Shown piece by piece: positions 11,058-21,079 of a stretch of DNA of 55,147 nt (position 1 is its first letter; each line of letters opens with the position of its first letter). The translations under genes and the position numbers were made by a program. Source of the stretch: an uncultured delta proteobacterium (GTDB lineage: Bacteria; Myxococcota; Myxococcia; Myxococcales; Anaeromyxobacteraceae). The notes below the pieces were generated by a model. That model did no database searches, was not told where the DNA came from, and worked only from the letters and a program-made list of their open reading frames with translations. The stretch covers positions 1-55,147 of the forward strand of contig CAVYBH010000016.1 of NCBI GenBank assembly GCA_963766715.1. Reading direction: 5' to 3'.

Positions 11058-12404
11058 ATGGCGGCCATGACCGAACCTTCCGGGACGCACGCAGCCGGAT
11101 CGCGGGGTGTCTTCCAGCGCTTCTTCCACTCGGAGGCGTCGGGCAGCATCCTCCTGCTGGTCTTCACCGGCATCGCGCTCGCCTGGGCCAACTCGCCCTG
11201 GGCCGACCTCTACGAGCGGATGCTGCACGTGAAGCTCGGCCTGTCGTTCGGCGGGTGGTCCTTCTCGATGTCGGCCGCGCACTGGGTCAACGACGGCCTG
11301 ATGGCCCTCTTCTTCTTCGTGGTGGGGCTCGAGATCAAGCGCGAGCTGGTGGTGGGGCAGCTCTCCACCTTCCGCAGCGCGCTCCTGCCGGTGGCGGCGG
11401 CCCTGGGCGGGCTCGCGGTCCCGGCCCTCATCTACTTCGGCCTGAACGGCTCCGGGCCCGGCGCGGCCGGCTGGGGCGTGCCCATGGCCACCGACATCGC
11501 CTTCGCGCTGGGGGTGCTGGCGCTGGTCGGGCCGCGGGTTCCGGTGGGACTCAAGGTGTTCCTCACGGCGCTCGCCATCGCCGACGACCTGGGCGCCGTG
11601 CTGGTGATCGCGGTCTTCTACACCGCCCGGGTGAACCTGGTGGCGCTGGCGGCCGTGGCCGGGCTGCTCGCGCTCCTCTACCTCGCCACGCGTCTCTCCG
11701 TCCGCCGCTACGGGGCCTACGTCGTGCTCGCCGTCGGGGTCTGGGCGGCCATGCTCGCCTCCGGGGTCCACGCCACCGTGGCCGGGATCCTGGTGGCGCT
11801 GACGGTGCCGGTGCGCGCCGCCATCGAGCCGGGCGACTTCCTCTCGGCGGTGCGCAGCCGCCTGGCCAGGCTGGAGGAGCGCCAGCTCTCCCGGGAGAGC
11901 ATGGTCAAGGACGCCGAGCAGATGGAGATCATCGAGGAGCTGGGCACGGCCACGCTCGACTTCCTCCCCGCCGGCTTCGCGATGGAGCGCTACCTGCACC
12001 CCATCACCGCCTACGTGGTGCTGCCGCTCTTCGCGCTCTTCAACGCCGGGGTCCGGCTCGACGGGCGCATCCAGGAGGCGCTCCTCCAGCCGGTCAGCCT
12101 GGGCATCATCCTGGGCCTCTTCTTCGGCAAGCAGGTCGGCATCACCCTGACCTCCGTCCTCGCGGTGAAGACGGGCCAGGCCGAGCTTCCACCCGGAGTG
12201 ACGTTCGGCCAGCTCTACGGGGCGAGCATCCTGGGGGGCATCGGCTTCACCATGTCCATCTTCGTGGCCGGCCTGGCCTTCTCCGACGGCCCGCTCCTGT
12301 CCGCGGCCAAGCTGGGCATCCTGGCCGCGTCGGCCGTGTCCGGCGTGATCGGCTTCGCCGTGCTGAAGCTCGTCCTGGCCCGGCCGCCCGCTCCCGGCGC
12401 ATGA
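11058..12404 (+). CDS. nhaA: Na+/H+ antiporter NhaA
   Basis: HWVNDGLMALFFFVVGLEIKRE, GWGVPMATDIAFA, LAIADDLGA, SGVHAT, GIGFTMSIF. Start is 11058 or 11067. Confidence 0.96.
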   Translation: MAAMTEPSGTHAAGSRGVFQRFFHSEASGSILLLVFTGIALAWANSPWADLYERMLHVKLGLSFGGWSFSMSAAHWVNDGLMALFFFVVGLEIKRELVVGQLSTFRSALLPVAAALGGLAVPALIYFGLNGSGPGAAGWGVPMATDIAFALGVLALVGPRVPVGLKVFLTALAIADDLGAVLVIAVFYTARVNLVALAAVAGLLALLYLATRLSVRRYGAYVVLAVGVWAAMLASGVHATVAGILVALTVPVRAAIEPGDFLSAVRSRLARLEERQLSRESMVKDAEQMEIIEELGTATLDFLPAGFAMERYLHPITAYVVLPLFALFNAGVRLDGRIQEALLQPVSLGIILGLFFGKQVGITLTSVLAVKTGQAELPPGVTFGQLYGASILGGIGFTMSIFVAGLAFSDGPLLSAAKLGILAASAVSGVIGFAVLKLVLARPPAPGA

Positions 12405-12844
12405 CCTCCGAGCGGCCCGATCTCTGCGCGCGGTGCGGCGAGTGCTGCCGCACGCGCCCCGGCGCCGAGGAGCCGGAGCGGTTCCTCTCCGACCCCGACC
12501 CGGCCGCGGCGCTCGCCCGGGCGCTCTCCTCGGGCGACTGGGTGGTGGTCCGGCACCTGGGAGTCCGCTACCTGCGCCCCGCCACCGTGGCCGAGCGCGC
12601 CGAAGGGCGCGTGCACGTCGGGGCCGAGACCTCCCCGTGCGTCTTCCTCGAGGAGACCGGGTGCCGGCTGCCCTTCGCGGGCCGGCCGCGCATGTGCCGC
12701 GACCTGGAGCCCTGGGCCAACGGCGACTGCCAGGCCACCTGGGATCTCCCGCAGGCGGGCCAGGCCTGGGCTCCCTGGGCGCGGCTCGTCGACGACGCCC
12801 TCGGACGCGTCCCTTCCTTCACCGTCTTCCCGGAGAATCCTTGA
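12401..12844 (+). CDS. YkgJ-like CxxCxxCC cysteine-cluster protein
   Basis: CARCGECC...CVFLEETGCRL...RPRMCR; ATGA overlap with the nhaA stop. Confidence 0.75.
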   Translation: MTSERPDLCARCGECCRTRPGAEEPERFLSDPDPAAALARALSSGDWVVVRHLGVRYLRPATVAERAEGRVHVGAETSPCVFLEETGCRLPFAGRPRMCRDLEPWANGDCQATWDLPQAGQAWAPWARLVDDALGRVPSFTVFPENP

Positions 12845-14955
12845 TCCACGCCATCGTCCCGCTCGCCGCCGTCCTCGTGCTCGCGGCCCCCGCACCGGGT
12901 GCTCCCGCGCCTGCGAACCCGCTCCTCTCGGAGTGGACCGCGCCCTTCGGCCTGCCGCCCTTCGGCGAGATCCGGGCCGAGCACTTCCGCCCCGCCTTCG
13001 AGGCGGCCATGGCCTCGCACCGCGCCGAGGTCGAGGCCATCGCCGCGAACCCGGCCCCGCCCACCTTCGAGAACACGCTCGCCGCCCTGGACGCCGCGGG
13101 CGAGCGGCTCTCCCGCGTGCAGGCGGTCTTCGGGGCGCTCGCGGCCTCCGAGTCGACCGACGAGATCCAGGCCATCCAGCGGGAGATGGCGCCCCGCCTG
13201 ACCCGCCACCGCGACGACACCTATCTCGACGACCGCCTCTTCCGGCGGGTGGACGCGCTCTGGGCCCAGCGCGACGGGCTGCGGCTCGACCCGGACCAGA
13301 AGGTCCTCCTCGAGCGCAACCATCGGGCCTTCGTCCGGGCCGGCGCGCGGCTCGACCCCGCGGCGAAGGCCCGGCTGCGCGCCCTGAACGCCGAGCTGAC
13401 TTCCCTGGGAGTGAAGTTCGGCGACAACCTGCTGGCCGCCACGAACGGCTGGAGGCTGGTCCTGGATCGCCCGGAGCAGCTCGCCGGCCTCCCCCCCGGC
13501 GCGGTGTCGGCGGCCGCCGACGCGGCCCGCAAGGGAGGGCTCGACGGGAAGTGGGTCTTCACGCTCCACGCCCCCAGCCTCTGGCCGTTCATGAAGTACG
13601 CCGACGACCGGGAGCTCCGGAAGCGGATGTTCGACGCCTACACCACCCGCTGCGACCAGGGCGGACCGGGGGACAACAAGGCCATCGCGGCCCGCACCGC
13701 GTCGCTGCGCGCCGAGAAGGCCCGGATGCTCGGCTACGCCACCTGGGCCGACTACGTCCTCGACGACCAGATGGCCGGGACGCCGACGGCGGTCTACGCG
13801 CTCGTCGACCAGCTCTGGGGTCCGGCCAAGGGCGCCGCGGCGCGCGACGCGAAGGCGCTCGAGGCGGCCATCCGGGCGGACGGGAAGTCCCACCCGCTCG
13901 AGCCGCACGACTGGTTCTACTACACCGAGAAGGTGCGCCGGGCCCGCTACGACCTCGACGAGAACGAGCTGCGCCCCTACTTCGCGCTCGACCGGGTCCG
14001 CGACGGGGCCTTCCAGGTGGCCGGCAAGCTCTACGGGATCACCTTCACCGAGCTCCCCGACGCCCCCCGCCCCAACCCCGAGGCGCGCGTCTTCGAGGTG
14101 AAGGATTGCGACGGCTCGCACCTGGCGGTGTTCCTGGTCGACTACCACCCGCGTCCCGGAAAGCGCTCGGGCGCCTGGGCCAGCGGGTTCCGCGGCCAGT
14201 ACGTGCGCGACGGCAAGGACGTCCGTCCCATCGTCACCAACACCTGCAACTTCACGCGCCCGTCCGGCGACGCCCCGGCGCTGCTCTCCCCCGAGGAGGT
14301 CGAGACCCTCTTCCACGAGCTGGGCCACGGGCTGCAGGCCATGCTGTCGAGGAAGCGGTACGAGGGATACGGCCCGCTGCCGCGGGACTTCGTCGAGCTC
14401 GCCTCGCAGATCATGGAGAACTGGGCCATGCAGCCGGAGGTGCTCGCCACCTACGCCCGCCACTGGAAGACCGGCGAGCCCATCCCGGCGGCGCTCGTCG
14501 AGAAGATCCAGCGGTCGGCCCGCTTCGACCAGGGGTTCAAGAACACCGAGTACCTGGCGGCCTCGCTCCTCGATCTGGAGTGGCACACCCTCTCCGCCAC
14601 CAGCGAGCCCGACGCGGCCACCGTGGAGCGCATCGCGCTCGCGCGCATGGGCATGCCCGCCACCATCGTGCCCCGCTACCGGACCACCTACTTCCAGCAC
14701 GTCTTCGGCCCCGGCGGCGGGTACGCGGCCGGCTACTACAGCTACAAGTGGGCCGAGGTGCTCGACGCCGACGCCTTCGCGGCCTTCGAGGAGAAGGGGA
14801 TCTTCGACCCCGCCACCGCGCGCGCCTTCCGGGAGCTGCTCGAGAAGGGGCGCTCGGTCGACCCCATGGAGCTCTACGTGAAGTTCCGGGGGCGGAAGCC
14901 GTCGGTGGAGCCGCTCAAGAAGAAGCTCGGGCTGGAGGAGCCGGCGGCCAGGTGA
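12841..14955 (+). CDS. dcp: Secreted M3 metallopeptidase (peptidyl-dipeptidase Dcp-like)
   Basis: Signal peptide then NPLL..W..PFGLPPF, KRSGAW, TLFHELGH, RDFVELASQ, GYAAGYYSYKWAEVLDADAF. TTG start overlaps the previous stop. Confidence 0.9.
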   Translation: MIHAIVPLAAVLVLAAPAPGAPAPANPLLSEWTAPFGLPPFGEIRAEHFRPAFEAAMASHRAEVEAIAANPAPPTFENTLAALDAAGERLSRVQAVFGALAASESTDEIQAIQREMAPRLTRHRDDTYLDDRLFRRVDALWAQRDGLRLDPDQKVLLERNHRAFVRAGARLDPAAKARLRALNAELTSLGVKFGDNLLAATNGWRLVLDRPEQLAGLPPGAVSAAADAARKGGLDGKWVFTLHAPSLWPFMKYADDRELRKRMFDAYTTRCDQGGPGDNKAIAARTASLRAEKARMLGYATWADYVLDDQMAGTPTAVYALVDQLWGPAKGAAARDAKALEAAIRADGKSHPLEPHDWFYYTEKVRRARYDLDENELRPYFALDRVRDGAFQVAGKLYGITFTELPDAPRPNPEARVFEVKDCDGSHLAVFLVDYHPRPGKRSGAWASGFRGQYVRDGKDVRPIVTNTCNFTRPSGDAPALLSPEEVETLFHELGHGLQAMLSRKRYEGYGPLPRDFVELASQIMENWAMQPEVLATYARHWKTGEPIPAALVEKIQRSARFDQGFKNTEYLAASLLDLEWHTLSATSEPDAATVERIALARMGMPATIVPRYRTTYFQHVFGPGGGYAAGYYSYKWAEVLDADAFAAFEEKGIFDPATARAFRELLEKGRSVDPMELYVKFRGRKPSVEPLKKKLGLEEPAAR

Positions 14956-15019
14956 GCGCCGGCGCCCCGGACGACGGGAACGCGATCAACCCGGGTAGGA
15001 TGCTGCGAGGAGGTCACCC

Positions 15020-15841
15020 ATGGCCGTCGTCCACGTCGAAGTCCGAGACCGCGTCGGGATCCTGGCGCTCGACGATCCGCAGCGCCGCAACTGCCTCTCG
15101 GCGGAGATGCTCCAGGGACTGACCGCCGGGCTGGTCGAGCTGGCCGAGGCGGAGGTGCGCGTGGTGGTGCTTCGCGCGGCCCCCGGCTCCCCGGTCTGGT
15201 CGGCCGGGCTCGACGTCCACTCGCTTCCCCAGCCCGGGCGCGATCCGCTCGACTACCAGGATCCGCTCGAGCACGTGATCCGGCAGGTCGGGCACTTTCC
15301 CGCGCCGGTCATCGCCATGGTGGACGGGGGCGTCTGGGGCGGGGCCTGCGACCTCGCCTTCGTCTGCGATCTCGCCATCGGGTGCGAGACCGCCACCTTC
15401 GCCATCACCCCGGCCAAGCTGGGCGTCCCGTACAACTGCAGCGGGATCCTCCACTTCCTCAACCTGGTGGGCCCGAGGGTGGCCCGGGAGATGTTCTTCA
15501 CGGCCGAGCCCATCCGCGCCGACCGGGCCGTGGCGGTGGGGATCCTGAACCACCTGGTGCCGAAGGCCGAGCTGGAGGCCTTCACCATGAAGATGGCGAA
15601 CCGGATCGCCGAGAACTCCCCGCTGGCGGTCGGGGTGATCAAGGAGCAGCTCCGCATCCTGGACCGCAGCCACCCGGTGTCGCCCGACACCTTCGAGCGG
15701 ATCCAGGCGCTGCGCCGCTGCGTCTTCGAGAGCGCCGACTACGTGGAGGGGAAGAAGGCCTTCCTGGAGAAGCGGAAGCCGACCTTCACCGGGGAAGGGG
15801 AGCCGCTGGCCGCATGCAAGGTCCCGGAGGGAACGGCCTGA
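15020..15841 (+). CDS. scpB: Methylmalonyl-CoA decarboxylase (crotonase fold)
   Basis: ScpB-type segments GRDPLDYQDPLE, VWGGA, TPAKLGVPYN, ALAVGILNH-like AVAVGILNH, FERIQALRR, DYVEGKKAFLEKRKPTF. Confidence 0.85.
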   Translation: MAVVHVEVRDRVGILALDDPQRRNCLSAEMLQGLTAGLVELAEAEVRVVVLRAAPGSPVWSAGLDVHSLPQPGRDPLDYQDPLEHVIRQVGHFPAPVIAMVDGGVWGGACDLAFVCDLAIGCETATFAITPAKLGVPYNCSGILHFLNLVGPRVAREMFFTAEPIRADRAVAVGILNHLVPKAELEAFTMKMANRIAENSPLAVGVIKEQLRILDRSHPVSPDTFERIQALRRCVFESADYVEGKKAFLEKRKPTFTGEGEPLAACKVPEGTA

Positions 15842-15875
15842 CCGGCCCGCCGGGCTCCCGTCCCGCGCGGCGGGA

Positions 15876-16896
15876 TCACGCCCTGCGGAACCAGAGCGCC
15901 TGACGGGCCACCGGCTCGGCCTTGCGCTCCAGGGCGGCGAGCTGGGGGGCCTGCAGCGGCGTGAAGCCGCGGGCGGTGGCCACGTTCTCCTCGAGCTGCG
16001 CGATCGAGTCCACGCCCACGATCACCGTCGACACCGGCAGCGAGAGCACGTAGCGCATCGCCTCGGGCATGGGAGCGTCCGACGCGTCGCCTGATCTCCC
16101 GCGCTGCTCTCGAGCGGGGCGGACGTAGCCGCGAGCCGGCCGCGCGCCGGGATCTTCATCCCGATGACGCCCATCCGCTTCTCGACCGCGAGCGGGAGCA
16201 GCGTCTTCTGGAACGGGAGGTGGTGCGGGATCGGCCGCGTTCACCGCCATGAGGACGGTGTCGAACGGGAACCGGCGGATGGCCGCGGCCAGCACGTCGG
16301 GGTCGGCGTGGCCGGTGATTCCCAGGAAGCGGACGAGCTTCTCCTCCCGCGCCTTCTCGAAGGCCTCGATGGCGCCGCCGCGGGCGAAGACCGCGTCCAC
16401 GTCGGCCATGGTGCTCATGTGGTGGAGCTGCCAGAGGTCGACCTGGTCGGTCTGCAGGAGGCGGAGCGACTTCTCGAGCAGGCGGAGCGAGCCGTCCCGG
16501 GTGCGGTCGTGGGTCTTGGTCGCCAGGAAGGCCTCCCGGCGACGCCGCTTCATCACCTGCCCGATGTACTGCTCGCTCCACCGGGCCTCGCCTCCGTAGC
16601 GGGCCGAGGTGTCGATGTAGTTCACGCCGAGGTCGAGCGCGCGCTCGACGATGCGGCACCGCGATCGCCTCGTTGTCCGGCTGCTCGATGGCGGCCTGCC
16701 CGCCCAGGCTGAAGAGGCCGACCCGGAACCCGGTGCGCCCCAGGTCGCGGGTGGGCATCCGGGCTTCCGGCGCCCCCGCCATGACCCGGCTCGCCACAGC
16801 GCCCGCCGCGGCGGCCGCCGCCAGCTTGAGGACGTCGCGCCGGGCGAGCGAGCCCCCGGACCGCCTCGAGGAATGCGTCGGCCTGCCCTTCGACAT
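15876..16896 (-). CDS. Tat-exported aldo/keto reductase (frameshifts near 16655 and 16080-16230)
   Basis: ARRDVLK twin-arginine signal, MPTRDLGRTG, NYIDTSARYG, FLATKTHDR, LQTDQVDLWQLH, RFLGITGH. Confidence 0.88.
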
Positions 16897-16907
16897 GGCG
16901 CCTCCGA

Positions 16908-19683
16908 TCAGGGACCCGCGGTGAAGATCTCGGCAGTCGAGAGGACGCCGTTGGTGTTCCGCCCGCCCGCCACGAGCACGCGGCCGTCCTGGAGCTCGGT
17001 CGCCGTCTGCCGGTAACGGGGCACCAGCATGTCGTGCCCCGAGGATGCGAAGGCGCCGAGGACGGGGTCGTAGATCTCGGAGGTGGAGAGGATGCTCGCT
17101 CCGGATGAGCCTCCTGCCACGAGGACCCGGCCGTCCGGGAGGAGGGACGCGGTCTGGAAGCTGCGCGACTCGGCCATCGACCCGGTGGCGGCGAACGTGC
17201 CGCCCGCCTGATCGTACAGATCGGCGGTGGCGAGGGAGAACGGCGTCGCTCCCCCGGCGACGAGGATCGGCCCCGACGCCGCGGGCGGCGAGCCGGTGAC
17301 CTGGAGCGCGGTGGCCGTGTCGGCGAGACGGGCGACCGGCATGGGTCCCGTGGCCGTGAAGAGCGCTGTGGCGCCGTCGTAGATCTCCGCGCTCGCGAGG
17401 TAGGTGACGCTGCTGCCCGAGCCTCCCGCCGCGCCGCCGGCGACGAGGACCTTTCCTCCCTGGAGGAGCACGGCCACGGCGGCCGCCCGGCCGGTCCTCA
17501 GCGAACCGGTCGCGCCAAAGGAGCGGGTGGTCGGGTCGTACAGGGTCGCCGTGGTCAGGAAGGTGGACGTCGCGCGCACCGCCCCGCCCGCGATGAGCAC
17601 CTTTCCGCTGGGGAGGGTCGTCGCGGTGAAGTCGGACCGCGCGTCCGGCATGCTGTTCGCTGCCGCGGAGAAGGTCCCGGTGCCGGGGTCGTAGATCTCC
17701 GCCGTTGCCGTGGCGACCAGGTTGTTGTTGACGAGTCCGCCGGCGATGAGGACCGTCCCGTCGGCGAGCAGGGAGGCGGAGTGGTTCTGCCGGGGCGTGG
17801 CCATGCTGCCGGTGGTCGGGGTGAAGAGTCCGGTGGCGGGGTCGTAGAGCTCGGCGGTGCGGACCGGCGCGGAGCCGTCGAACCCTCCCACGACGAGGAC
17901 CGTCCCGTCGGAGAGCCGCGTCGCGGTGTGGTACTCGCGCGCCGTGGCCATCGAACCGGTGGACGAGAAGCCGGCCGGCGTCGGGGACACCGCGACCGTG
18001 ACGTCGAGCGCCGCCGCGGTGCTCCCCTCCGTGTTGGTCCCCACGACCGTGTACACGGTCCGCGGCGCCTCGGCGGTGGGCGTTCCGGTGATCACGCCGG
18101 TGGTGGCGTCGAGCAGGAGCCCGGACGGCAGGGCGGGTGTCACGGCGTAGGAGGTGATGGTCCCTCCGGTGCTCGACGGGTTGTTGGCGGCGATGGGCGT
18201 GTTCACCGTGTAGGTGGCCGGGTTGGCCGAGTAGGTGAGGTTGGCCGGGGGACCGACGACGGTGCTCACGGTCAGGCTCAGGGCGGCGGTGGTGGACCCC
18301 GGAGACGTTGGTGCCGGTGATCACGTAGACGGCCTGCGCGGCGGCGGCGGTCGGGGTGCCGGTGATGATGCCGGTCGTCGCGCCGATCGAAAGGCCGGCG
18401 GGCAAGGCCGGCGCCACGGCATAGGAGGCGATGGCCCCCCCGGTGCTCGAGGGCGCGTTCGGGGTGATCGCGGTGCCCACCATGTACGTGGCCGGGTTGG
18501 CGGAGTAGGTGAGGTTGGCCGGAGGACCGACGACGGTGCTCACGGTCAGGCTCAGGGCGGCGGTCGTGCTCCCGGCGGCGTTCGTGCCGGTGACCGTGTA
18601 GGTGGCCTGGGCCGCAGCGGCGGTGGGCGTTCCGCTGATGATGCCCGTCGCCGTCGCAATCGAGAGCCCCGCAGGAAGCGCGGGCGACACCGTGTAGGAG
18701 GCGATGGCCCCCCCGGTGCTCGACGGCGTGTTCGGGGTGATCGCGGCGCCCACCACGTAGGTGGCCGGGTTCGCCGAGTAGGTGAGGCCGGCCGGAGGCG
18801 CGAGCGAAGCGGTTACCGTCAGCGTCAGGGAGGCCGTGGTGCTCCCGGCGGCGTTCGTGCCGGTGACCGTGTAGATGGCCTGGGCCGCAGCGGCGGTGGG
18901 CGTTCCGCTGATGATTCCGGTCGCCGTCGCGAGCGAGAGCCCCGCAGGAAGCGCGGGCGACACCGTGTAGGAGGCGATGGCCCCCCCGGTGCTCGACGGC
19001 GTGTTCGGGGTGATCGCGGCGCCCACCACGTAGGTGGCCGGGTTCGCCGAGTAGGCGAGGCCGGCGGGCGGAGGCGGCGCTGTGACGGTGATGGTCACGT
19101 CGACGGTGGTGCTTCCGGCGGCGTTTGTGGCCGTGATCGTGTAGACGGCCAGGGCCGTCACGGCGGTGGGCGTCCCCGAGAGGATGCCGGTCGAGGCGTC
19201 GAGCGAGAGGCCGGCTGGCAGGGCAGGGGACACGGTCCAGGAGGAGACGACGCCGCCGGCGTACGAGGGGGTGTTGGAGGTGATGGCCGTTCCCACCGCG
19301 TAGACGGCCGGGTTGACCGCATAGGCGAGGCCGCTCGGCGGCTGCACCACCGTCACCGTGACGCTGGCCGTGGACGAGCCTCCGGCGTTGGTGGCGGTGA
19401 GCGTGTACGTCGTCGTGGCCGTGGGCGCGACCTGGACGCTCGTCCCGGTGACCGTGCCCACCCCGGGGGCGATGGAGAGGGTATCCGCGCCGCTGACCGA
19501 CCAGGAGAGCGTGGCCGTGCCGCCGGAGGCGACCGCCGTCGGCGAGGCCAGGAAGCCCTGGATGATCGGGCTGCGGGGCGTGATGGGGTGGCTCGCACCG
19601 CTGAAGCAGCCGGAGGCGGAGAGGGCCAGCGCGAGGAGGGCCGCGGCCGGACGGGCCTGGCGGGGGAGGCGAAGCGTCGGCAT
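16908..19683 (-). CDS. Lipoprotein: Ig-like module + 5 putative-Ig (He_PIG-like) repeats + Kelch beta-propeller (one frameshift near 18300)
   Basis: Lipobox ASGC; repeats PALPAGLSL..ATGIISGTPT; Kelch blades GSMATAREYHTATRLSDGTVLVVGG...AELYDP. Confidence 0.88.
17990..19340 (-). repeat. Five intragenic tandem repeats of about 273 bp (91 aa)
   Basis: Anchor (T/C)AGGAG recurs at 18148, 18422, 18695, 18968 and 19238 (spacings 274, 273, 273, 270); the two units at about 18560-19060 are nearly identical. Confidence 0.9.
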
Positions 19684-19787
19684 CCCGACAATGTAGCAAG
19701 CCCGTACCCGCCCATCGCGAGGGATTGTCGCCCAGGGCCCTGCGGCGGTAATTTTGGACGGACGAGCGGACGAGGGGGGTGCCCGCC

Positions 19788-21069
19788 ATGGCCCATCACG
19801 CCTCACGGTCGGTCTACGACCGTCTCACCGAGCGGCTGAACCGCTTCCCGCAGGGAGCGCCTCCCGCCCGGAGCCTCTTCCAGATCCTGAAGATCCTCTT
19901 CAGCGAGCGGGAGGCCGAGCTGGTCTCGGTCCTCCCCATCCGCCCCTTCACCGCCGCCCGGGCCGCCGGGATCTGGAAGGTGTCCGAGGCCGAGGCCCGG
20001 AGCCACGCTGGAGGCGCTGGCGGAGCGGGCGCTCCTCGTCGACTGGGAAGGGGAGGCGGGCACCGAGTACGTGCTGCCGCCCCCGATGGCCGGCTTCTTC
20101 GAGTTCTCGATGATGCGGGTCCGCCAGCGACGTCAATCAGCAGGCGCTGGCCGAGCTCTTCTACCAGTACCTGAACGTCGAGGAGGACTTCGTCCGGGCG
20201 CTCTTCGCCGCCGGGGAGACCCAGCTCGGCCGCGCCTTCGTGCAGGAGGCGGTCCTCTCCGAGGAGAACGCCCTCCACGTCCTCGACTTCGAGCGCGCCA
20301 GCGAGGTGATCCGGACCGCGACGCACCGGGGCGATCTCCCTCTGCTACTGCCGTCACAAGATGGAGCACGTGGGGCGCGCCTGCGACGCGCCTCAGGACA
20401 TCTGCATGACGTTCAACGCGTCCGGCGTCCTCCCTCGTCCGCCACGGCCACGCACGGGAGGTGGACGTCGCCGAGGGGCTCGACCTCCTCCACCGGGCGC
20501 AGGAGCTCGACCTCGTGCAGTTCGGCGAGAACGTCCGGGAGGGCGTGAACTTCATCTGCAACTGCTGCGGCTGCTGCTGCGAGGCCCTGATCGCCTCCCG
20601 CCGCTTCGCCGCGGCCCACCCGGTCCACACCACGCCGTTCCTGCCGGTGGTCGAGGAGGGCGCCTGCACCGGCTGCGAGCGCTGCGTCCGGAAGTGCCCG
20701 GTGGAGGCGCTCTCGGCGGTCTCGGCGAACGACCCGCACCGGCCGAAGCGCACCGTGGCCCGGCTCGACGCCGATCGGTGCCTGGGCTGCGGGGTGTGCA
20801 TCCGGGCCTGCCGGGAGGGCGCGCTCTCGCTCACCGAGCGGGGGCGCCGGCGCCTCACGCCACTCAACGGAGCGCACAAGGCCGTGCTCATGGCGATCGA
20901 GCGGGGCAAGCTCCAGGACCTCGTGTTCGACAACCGGCTGCTCTGGAGCCACCGGGCGCTGGCCGCCTTCTTCGGGGCCATCCTGAAGCTGCCGCCCGTG
21001 AAGAGGCTGGCGGCGACCGAGCAGGTCCGGTCCCGCTACCTGGAGGCGCTCGTCCGGCGGCACGCCTGA
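19788..21069 (+). CDS. 4Fe-4S dicluster ferredoxin-domain protein (several frameshifts)
   Basis: RLNRFPQGAP N-terminus, CYCRHK...C...C, ICNCCGCCC, CTGCERCVRKCP and CLGCGVCIRAC. Confidence 0.85.
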
Positions 21070-21079
21070 CCGGGGCGCG

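Noticed and set aside
16156..19806. 1216-aa lipoprotein-reductase fusion
   Set aside because: Caused by the +1 indel near 18300; the Kelch gene stops at 16908 and the reductase has its own GGAGG RBS and Tat leader.
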